Sequence record: PP359696.1
Origin: Escherichia phage Ge15
Direction: 5' to 3' (one strand)
DNA length: 64,000 nt
Shown here: positions 56,635 through 64,000 of the stretch, one piece after another
How the letters are laid out: the number at the start of each line of letters is the position of its first letter
Position numbering within the stretch: the first letter of the stretch is position 1
The notes under the pieces: generated by a model
What the model saw: the letters and a program-made list of their open reading frames with translations, nothing else
What the model was told of the DNA's origin: nothing
The model's database searches: none
Program-made: the position numbers and the translations under genes

Positions 56635-59600
56635 CTATTTTAACCTGTGTTGGATTTTCAGGGTCTCTTGGATTTCCTATATTATCTTTTAGACGTTTAT
56701 TAACTAAATCCCTAAATTGTGCAAATGTTGTTCCAGATGCATCGAATAAAGGACTCATTAATTTACGTCGTTCAGACGGCAATTGACCTTGAAATATTGA
56801 ATTGTTATTTTCAGCATTATAGTCATCAGGAAGAGGATATTCTACGCCAGCCATTGGGCCAGGCTCATAAATTGCTTCGCCTGTTACCGAATCATGCTCA
56901 ATTTCACCGGTTGGAGTTAATTTAGCTACTCTATCAGCATATTCAGTAGGCAATCCAGAATCCCATTTGTAGTTTTTGTATTTATTAATTATAGTCTCTG
57001 TATGTTTAAGAGTTAAACCAACATTAATAAACATTGTTAAAAGGGTAATTGCTATAAATCCAAATCCTACTGGATGAACAAAACGAATAACGTCAGATTT
57101 CCAGCGGGAAGAAGGTAAATTGGATTTAATTTTCATTACATAATATGATCGACTTCTATTAATATAGTCTATATTATTTTGAAGCAAATCCTTTCCTTTA
57201 ACCCCACGAATAATTTCGCCTTCAAAACTAGGAAGTCTTTCTGCTTTAACTTCTTGACCGGCAATCAATCTTCCCAAAAGATTATGAATAGTTACGGTCC
57301 ATTGCAATTTACCATTAGAATAGCTTCTTTCTATATAAGTAACATTACATCTTCCTGTAGCTGTATAAATCGTTTGTCCTACTAAGTCTTCAGTCAAAGA
57401 ATCAGATTGAACGATTATATCATATTCAGTACCAGCCCCAGATTCAATTTCAATTTCAACTTCTTCATTATAAAGAACTTTAAAAAGAAATTTGTATGAT
57501 GCTTCAATTCCTTTAGTAGAATAAAAATCATAGCTACGTGATTCGAAAAATCTTGTAACAGCATCACGTTTGTCAGCATTTAAATAAATGTTTCTTTTAT
57601 ATATCTCTGACCACAAATATTCCCATGCATGCTCTTCTCGTGGATATTTGTTACGAATTAAATTTCGTAAATTGTTATACTGAGTTCCATATCCATCAGA
57701 AAGATACTGAATATATGCTTCGCAAAATGCCTCAAAATTCGAATCCTGCAACAAATAAGAATCAGGCATCATTGTGCCAATCAATGGTCTTAAATCAGGG
57801 TCAGCTAATCCACGCTCTTCTTCGGGCGACCAAGGAGTTTCATGCTCTTGGTTTTGTAAAAATGCTTTTAAAAATACTTCAGTTGGCTTCCAAATAATTT
57901 CGACAGTGTCTCTAACACGATAGTTAAAATCATAGTAAGAAATTATTTCACCAGAGGCTTTATAGAAAAGCATCCCAGATGCATATTTTTTAAATCCAGT
58001 GAATTTAACATTTGGCATTACTATAGTACAATCGCCATCATCCCAGTATTCATGAACTAATCTATCTGGTGATGTTTCCGGAATATTTTCTATAACTTTA
58101 GTGTATTTTAAATCAGCATAAACTACTACAACCCTATCGGAGTTGTTTATCCAACAACGTGTGTTAGATTTTTTAGACCAGTTAAAGAACGGTTCTGCGT
58201 AGTATTTCATCGGCTGAGGCGTAAAAGTTTCCCAATCAGACTTTTCATCTGCTATAAATGCCATCATATGATAATGCTTATCAGCTAACCATTCACGAGG
58301 AAATTCATATTTAACAGCACCGATTAACTGATATTTTGCTGCAGTTTCAGGGTCATTAACAACATTATCACTTAAAAATTTAAAATTACTCGATGATAGA
58401 GAAACTAATTTACCATCAGTTGACATATTCGCATACCCCGGTTGAATACGTCTTCTTTCTTCTTCAGTGTTGCCAAAAACTCTTTTCCACGTTTTTGTGT
58501 CGTGATTTAAAACATATATTCCTTTATCAGCAGAATCAATTATTTTTGATGTTCTAGGATTAGCATTTAATGTTTCAACTTCACCGATAATAAGAGCAAA
58601 AACTTTATCACCAATAGAATCCATTTTATAGCATACTGCTTTAGGATTTCCGGTTATAGTCATTGTATCAGGTTCAAAAAGCCTTTCCGAATATGTTGGA
58701 GATAATGGATCAGAATCTATAGGTGCATTACTCGTTTTTATGTATCTAACTTTGTCTCTGGCAACAACGTAAATGTAATCATCGGTGCAAGTAATAGCTT
58801 CTGCAATGCGATATACATTCGCTGGTAAAGTCGCGTAAGTGGCAAAAATTTCTACATCAAATCCTAAATGTAATTGGTCGCCAAGTTTAGCGAATGTTAT
58901 ATCCTGAGAACTAAATCTGACATCGTCAGCTGACCATCTAACATCAGTCGATTTGCGGCCATAGAAAATCTTGTCGTATCCTAGAACGTATGTTGTGTTC
59001 GCAGATTGGTAATATACTGTCTTAGATAAAGGATATCCTACGCGGTCATTGAAGAGCTTTACAGCTTTCCAAGTTTGTCCTTTATCATTGGATACTTTAA
59101 CTACAGGTTGATAACGCTCAAAAAGGTATAAAATCCCTTCTGATTCCATCAAATAAACTCGGTTAATATCCTTACATACTTGCTGAATAGAACCTTGTAT
59201 TTCATGATATTCATTTTCACCAATAATAAAATTACTTATTGATGAAACGTCAACATATGATGGGCTGAATTGAAATGATTCATTCATCAATGCAGCCATT
59301 ATAGTGTCATTATTAAAATTAACATAATCAGAATTATTAAGAGTAAATTTTTCCTGAATGAATTTATTAGCTAATTGCATTTCAATCATGTTTTGAAATG
59401 TATAAGCATTTGTAGCAAAAGTTTCAAACTCTTCGGTATAAATCCAATCAGACTGCTCAAAATCTTGTGCAGCTGTAGCTACTCTGATAATGTATGATGT
59501 CAATGGGTCAGCATCATCAAAAAAGAAGCTGTTATTTGCAGTATATCCTAAGTTAATCCATCTGTATTGATTACTCGGGAGATTTTCCCCCGAGTTTGTT

Positions 59601-59725
59601 TTTGTCTCAGCGATTTCTACAAAATAGTAGAAATTAGCACCAACGTCATCCCAGCGTACTTGCACCTGATTTGCGGATAACTTGGAAATTCTGAGACTAG
59701 TGACTGAAGGTGCTTTTACTGTCAT
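56627..59725 (-). CDS. 7: Baseplate wedge initiator
   Basis: 1032 aa; synteny and length as T4 gp7. Confidence 0.92.
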   Translation of the reverse strand: MTVKAPSVTSLRISKLSANQVQVRWDDVGANFYYFVEIAETKTNSGENLPSNQYRWINLGYTANNSFFFDDADPLTSYIIRVATAAQDFEQSDWIYTEEFETFATNAYTFQNMIEMQLANKFIQEKFTLNNSDYVNFNNDTIMAALMNESFQFSPSYVDVSSISNFIIGENEYHEIQGSIQQVCKDINRVYLMESEGILYLFERYQPVVKVSNDKGQTWKAVKLFNDRVGYPLSKTVYYQSANTTYVLGYDKIFYGRKSTDVRWSADDVRFSSQDITFAKLGDQLHLGFDVEIFATYATLPANVYRIAEAITCTDDYIYVVARDKVRYIKTSNAPIDSDPLSPTYSERLFEPDTMTITGNPKAVCYKMDSIGDKVFALIIGEVETLNANPRTSKIIDSADKGIYVLNHDTKTWKRVFGNTEEERRRIQPGYANMSTDGKLVSLSSSNFKFLSDNVVNDPETAAKYQLIGAVKYEFPREWLADKHYHMMAFIADEKSDWETFTPQPMKYYAEPFFNWSKKSNTRCWINNSDRVVVVYADLKYTKVIENIPETSPDRLVHEYWDDGDCTIVMPNVKFTGFKKYASGMLFYKASGEIISYYDFNYRVRDTVEIIWKPTEVFLKAFLQNQEHETPWSPEEERGLADPDLRPLIGTMMPDSYLLQDSNFEAFCEAYIQYLSDGYGTQYNNLRNLIRNKYPREEHAWEYLWSEIYKRNIYLNADKRDAVTRFFESRSYDFYSTKGIEASYKFLFKVLYNEEVEIEIESGAGTEYDIIVQSDSLTEDLVGQTIYTATGRCNVTYIERSYSNGKLQWTVTIHNLLGRLIAGQEVKAERLPSFEGEIIRGVKGKDLLQNNIDYINRSRSYYVMKIKSNLPSSRWKSDVIRFVHPVGFGFIAITLLTMFINVGLTLKHTETIINKYKNYKWDSGLPTEYADRVAKLTPTGEIEHDSVTGEAIYEPGPMAGVEYPLPDDYNAENNNSIFQGQLPSERRKLMSPLFDASGTTFAQFRDLVNKRLKDNIGNPRDPENPTQVKIDE

Positions 59726-61704
59726 TGTGATATAGGCTCCAAATCGATAGTTAAGTATTGTGGACGTAAGTCATTTTCAAATACAATCAGTGAACCGTCG
59801 CGAGTAAAAATAACATCATCGGTTGGGTCAGAATATAATTCGATGGTCTGAACTTCAAATTTTTCAGATGTTAAATTAATTTTAGCGATATTCCAATAAA
59901 TCACATCAGCTGGATAATTTATTTCACCGATAACATAGTATTTGTCGCGTCCATCAGAATTTGCTAATTTGTTAAAATCGTTGCCTGTATACGGCTGAAT
60001 GTTTTCATTTTCTGTAACATCGCCAGAAGCAAATGGACCAATAATAACTTTACCAATTCCTTTAGAATCTCGGTCTGTTGATACTATACGAACGTCATAT
60101 AATACATCTTCTTCTAAACCAGTATCAGGATTTACAACCTTTCGTCCAGAATTAAATGAAAACGTATTAGATTCCATAGAACGATCTTTTATTTGATTAT
60201 TGTATTTAATACCTGCTTCAGGCGTTTTATAGAAGTTTTGTACTTCACGAACAATTTGAATTGTCGCTGATGAGCCAATGATAGAGTGATCTGCATCATC
60301 TACATATGTCAACATCTTAGATTTAGCGAAAGATGAGTTAAAAATTTCTACGTCTTCGGTATAATAACGATCAATTTTATCAATTATTTGACCTTCGAGC
60401 CACTGTTCGGATTCTTGTAGCTTATTTAAAGCATATGTGACTTTTAAATTAGTCTTAATAAAAAGATAATTAGGAGAAATAATTGATGGCGTAATAGGAG
60501 CTAAATTATAGTCTTTGAGATAATTTTTAATATCTTCGCGCTGTACAGTAGTTAAATATAGCCCTGATTTAGGTTTAGCAGCAATAAATGCATAACCAGG
60601 TTTAGTAGAATCAGTGAACGTCTGAACTGCTTGAATAATAGAACCAAATCTCTCTGAAACGAATGTATCATAGTCAGTCGCAGTTACGCAGCGTTGCTGG
60701 GTTTCGCGTTTAATAGTACCCAATTCGCGAATACGTTCAATATCTTCTGGATCGCCGCCGCCATCTGCCCCAACAAAATCTGGGTCATCGTTTGGATTTT
60801 CATTAATGTTGATGACAGTTATATTTGTCAATGTATCTGCATATGAAAATCCGACTGCGCCATTCGCATCTGCGCCGTTAGTACTGATGTACTCAATAAC
60901 AATCGTAGAGTTCTGGGTAGGTTTAAGACCCCCAATATAATTAGCAGTCAATGCTCCTTCTGCCGCATTAACAGAAATCTCACCTTCACCAAAATAAAAC
61001 TCAGTATTTCCATCAATAGTTTCACGCATGTAGTAAATTGTTGATGTAGAACCAGCATGAACCATTGACTTTCTTGTCCAGTTAATCCATTCTGCTCCAT
61101 CAACGTACAGTTTAACTTGGTTTCTATCTATATTTTTGTCATAAATGATAATAGGTGTTAATTTATCATAAATGATTTCAGTTCTTACTATACGCCCCTG
61201 GGCTAATTTTAAACGCGGAAAATATTGGTTATTTTTATCGCGAATAGCAATAACATCTTCGGTAGATACAAAGTTATAAGGATTAACGGAAGTATCTTTT
61301 GCATATGCTAAAAAGCGAGTACCACGAGGAATAGTAATGTAATTTCTATTCAATGCATCTGTACAAGTTAGCATAATTTCAGTTTGAGCAGCTGATTTTG
61401 AAGTAGGTAAATATCCATTATCTTGTGCAGCTTGAACTACTGAACTACGCAAATTAGCAGTACGCATAAAGCTTTCATACAAGGCAGCATTACCAAACTG
61501 CTGAATGTACAATGTATTATAAGCCAAAAGGTCGCACAGAACGTTTAATCTTGAGCCTTCAAAATCATAATCCAAAAATTCATTTTGGCCATTAAGCCAT
61601 TCAATGAGGTTTTGTTTTATTTCAGCAAATGTACCCCCGACGAATATCTCGGGAATAGCATTTGCTGTTCTTGTTAATTGATAATTTACAGGGGTATTTG
61701 CCAT
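59722..61704 (-). CDS. 6: Baseplate wedge subunit
   Basis: 660 aa; synteny and length as T4 gp6. Confidence 0.92.
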   Translation of the reverse strand: MANTPVNYQLTRTANAIPEIFVGGTFAEIKQNLIEWLNGQNEFLDYDFEGSRLNVLCDLLAYNTLYIQQFGNAALYESFMRTANLRSSVVQAAQDNGYLPTSKSAAQTEIMLTCTDALNRNYITIPRGTRFLAYAKDTSVNPYNFVSTEDVIAIRDKNNQYFPRLKLAQGRIVRTEIIYDKLTPIIIYDKNIDRNQVKLYVDGAEWINWTRKSMVHAGSTSTIYYMRETIDGNTEFYFGEGEISVNAAEGALTANYIGGLKPTQNSTIVIEYISTNGADANGAVGFSYADTLTNITVININENPNDDPDFVGADGGGDPEDIERIRELGTIKRETQQRCVTATDYDTFVSERFGSIIQAVQTFTDSTKPGYAFIAAKPKSGLYLTTVQREDIKNYLKDYNLAPITPSIISPNYLFIKTNLKVTYALNKLQESEQWLEGQIIDKIDRYYTEDVEIFNSSFAKSKMLTYVDDADHSIIGSSATIQIVREVQNFYKTPEAGIKYNNQIKDRSMESNTFSFNSGRKVVNPDTGLEEDVLYDVRIVSTDRDSKGIGKVIIGPFASGDVTENENIQPYTGNDFNKLANSDGRDKYYVIGEINYPADVIYWNIAKINLTSEKFEVQTIELYSDPTDDVIFTRDGSLIVFENDLRPQYLTIDLEPISQ

Positions 61705-61712
61705 TTTAAATC

Positions 61713-62006
61713 CTATTTAATGAATACTTTAGATGATGCCTGAGCCACAGTATCACCGCATGATATTGGATCAGCCATTTGAACAGCTTTCTTTCCAGTG
61801 ACATATACCTTAGAAGTTCTAGGTTGTGTCACTCCGCCATGTGTTTCATATGGCTTTTTAATTTCTGTATGTTCTGTAATTGGATCACCTGCTACGAGAA
61901 CAGCAATTCCTCCAGTGAATACTTTACTTTGTGTAGCATTCACAACTGTTGGAGGCCATGCTTCATGGCCGGCAGTAACACACTTATCATAACTTAATCC
62001 TGACAT
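61713..62006 (-). CDS. 5.4: PAAR-repeat spike-tip protein
   Basis: 97 aa; small Gly/Val-rich beta protein between genes 6 and 5. Confidence 0.8.
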
Positions 62007-62564
62007 TTATGGCCTCTCATACACATAGCTTCTCAATTTATTAGCCCAACGACTCCAATTTCCAACTATAGTTTTTGTGTAATTTTTAACAAGAGTTTTT
62101 CTTATTGGAGCTGGAGGATTCGTTGGTTCAGTAGTATCAGAAGATGACCTAGAATTACTGCCAGAACCTCCAGATTCACTTTGTTCTTGGTAGTCATATA
62201 TTAATGTTACTTCGTAAGTGAATGTCTTCTGGAGGTTTTGAGGAGCTTTCCATAAATATAACTGAGTATTAGAATCAGTTGGAAGGTCTTCCCATGAAGC
62301 AGCAGTTTTAAATTCATCGCCTAAACGATATTTCAACGCATCATTTCCAAATCCAAATACAGATTCATACGTTCCATATAAACGATTTTCTTCTACTAAA
62401 ACCCCAGGAGTTTCTTCGTAACTAGTTATATTTATAGATACTAACGTTTCACCTGTTTCTAATTGAGCAGTAAAGGTGACGTCGATAGAAGAACCTTCCA
62501 TGGATTCTCCTAAATCAGCGCTCATTGGAAGTATATTAGCCAATGTCAATCCTCGATCCATCAA
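62007..62564 (-). CDS. Hypothetical protein (5.1-like position)
   Basis: 185-aa ORF overlapping the 3' end of gene 5 by 29 nt. Confidence 0.6.
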
Positions 62565-64000
62565 TTGTGTATTGACCAGATGAAATAGAACTCATAGATG
62601 CCATTTTTTCTGTCCAATCACCACCAACGTCCCAATCAACTGTCCCAGCAACTTTCCAAGAAAGATTTCCATTTACTGTATTAGTCTGATTTCCTTCAAC
62701 TAAAGTGGTAGCATCTCCTTTAACTGTAATGTCAGCATTACCTTCAACTACAATAGTAACATTACCTTTGACTAGGAGAGTTCCATTACCTTCAACCGTC
62801 TTAGTTTCATCGCCACGCACAAATATCGTATTGCTTCCATCTATTTGGTGAAGACGATTATCCATGTTGTAATAAATTTCTGATCCACCGACGTTAGTCT
62901 TTTTATCACCGGCTACCAAAAAATTACCATCAGCGTTGGTTATATCATACAAATTATCAACAGTTTTTCTTGTTCTTCTCCCTGACGGTGATACTTCTTC
63001 ATAAGTTCCAGTTGGATGAACTAATCTATATCGTTCTTGCCCAGGGGTATCATCAAATTCCTGAATATGTCCACTTTCAGTTTCCATTGTATGCACATAA
63101 GGATATTCGCCTTTATATGAAGAAACTGGTTCTTTGAATAAAATTCTCGAGTCATTTGGAATAGGAGGGTCAGCAGGGTCAGAAGATTTAGTTACAGTCG
63201 CAGCCATTGCCGATAAAGACCTAGCCGGAGTTTTCACTTCAACACCATATGATTCCAAATTCCCCGTAAGAATAATCATGGTAACACGGGATGCACGGCC
63301 TTTTGTTTGTTGATACCACAATGAATCACGACCGGCTTTATATGCTTTTTCCCAATCTCCTGCTAACATAGCAGTTAACATTGTGTTAAATTTAGCTACA
63401 CCGCCAACACCCATCTGAAATGCCATATTTTCTAATGCCATTTGGCGAGAACGGTTGACAGCTTGCCAGACTGGTCCTACTTTAGAATGTGATTTAATAT
63501 CACGTTGCATATCAGCCAAATCACGCTCAAATAAAGTCGTCGCTTCTTCCATTGTAATAGAACCTGGATTTCCTGTAATTTCACGACCAACTTGTTTTGA
63601 TAAAACTTTATTAATTTGAGCCATATCACGAACTGGCTGCTTCATGATAAGATGACCAATTCCAATTGTCGGATATCCTTCGGTATCCCAATAAACTTTT
63701 AGTCTTAATCCTTCATCACGGCGAAGCATTTCAGCCATTGACATATTTGGATTATCATCAGTTGGAATCTCTGATAGTGGTCTATCATCAGGATTTATTG
63801 CAGTGTCTAAGTTACTATCTTGGATAACGTTAGAAGACGAATCATATCCTACTTCTCCGCCTTGGTTTAGTACGTTAGTATCATTTCCTAGACGTCTAGG
63901 ATACTGTCCAGTTGGGTCAGAAAATCCTTCAAGTCTATTAGGTTTTTCGCGAACTATTCCGCCATATGTACCAAGGACAATTCCGTTAGTTTTCCATTTG
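62536..64000 (-). CDS. 5: Baseplate hub subunit and tail lysozyme (central spike), 5'-partial in window
   Basis: Lysozyme domain MAEMLRRDEGLRLKVYWDTEGYPTIGIGHL; frame stays open with gp5-like sequence (…VLGTYGGIVREKPNRLEGFSDPTG…) from 63745 to the window edge, so the ORF-track Met at 63744 is internal. Confidence 0.93.
   Translation of the reverse strand, partial: KWKTNGIVLGTYGGIVREKPNRLEGFSDPTGQYPRRLGNDTNVLNQGGEVGYDSSSNVIQDSNLDTAINPDDRPLSEIPTDDNPNMSMAEMLRRDEGLRLKVYWDTEGYPTIGIGHLIMKQPVRDMAQINKVLSKQVGREITGNPGSITMEEATTLFERDLADMQRDIKSHSKVGPVWQAVNRSRQMALENMAFQMGVGGVAKFNTMLTAMLAGDWEKAYKAGRDSLWYQQTKGRASRVTMIILTGNLESYGVEVKTPARSLSAMAATVTKSSDPADPPIPNDSRILFKEPVSSYKGEYPYVHTMETESGHIQEFDDTPGQERYRLVHPTGTYEEVSPSGRRTRKTVDNLYDITNADGNFLVAGDKKTNVGGSEIYYNMDNRLHQIDGSNTIFVRGDETKTVEGNGTLLVKGNVTIVVEGNADITVKGDATTLVEGNQTNTVNGNLSWKVAGTVDWDVGGDWTEKMASMSSISSGQYTIDGSRIDIG

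Noticed and set aside
62536-63744. ORF-track start of gene 5 at 63744 (402 aa)
   Set aside because: The frame stays open with gp5-like sequence up to the window edge at 64000. The Met at 63744 is internal (start of the lysozyme domain region), and the true start lies beyond the window.

Overview
This window is a contiguous segment of a T4-like (Tevenvirinae) Escherichia phage genome, colinear with the T4 map from the 3' end of nrdB to the middle of gene 5. Gene calls rest on recognising the translated ORFs and on T4 synteny, recalled from memory; no database search was possible. Plus-strand early/middle genes run from denA to the alt locus (denA, rnlA, alc, pseT, cd, 31, rIII, the 30.9-30.1 series, DNA ligase 30, two tandem Alt ADP-ribosyltransferases). 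The rest is mostly minus-strand late morphogenesis genes: baseplate hub 54-48-29-28-27-51 (with 26-25 on plus), uvsY/uvsW, a GIY-YIG Seg-like endonuclease, inh, hoc, rnlB, head genes 24-23-22-21-68-67-20, tail 19-18, terminase 17-16, neck 15-14-13, wac, and baseplate/short-fibre genes 12 to 5. The one region that breaks T4 colinearity is 11232..14029: a 1972-bp block of non-phage-like DNA carrying an internally deleted IS2 copy, bracketed by 413-bp perfect direct repeats of the 30.2/30.1 junction. Other notable points are a Hoc protein with an extra, recently duplicated Ig-like domain, tandem diverged Alt paralogs, a near-identical promoter-plus-hairpin cassette at two distant loci, and a GC-rich 400-bp intergenic region after rIII. 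No CRISPR array, rRNA or tRNA gene was found. I see no convincing novel multi-gene system beyond these; the IS2 insertion could be a real host-DNA capture or an assembly chimera.
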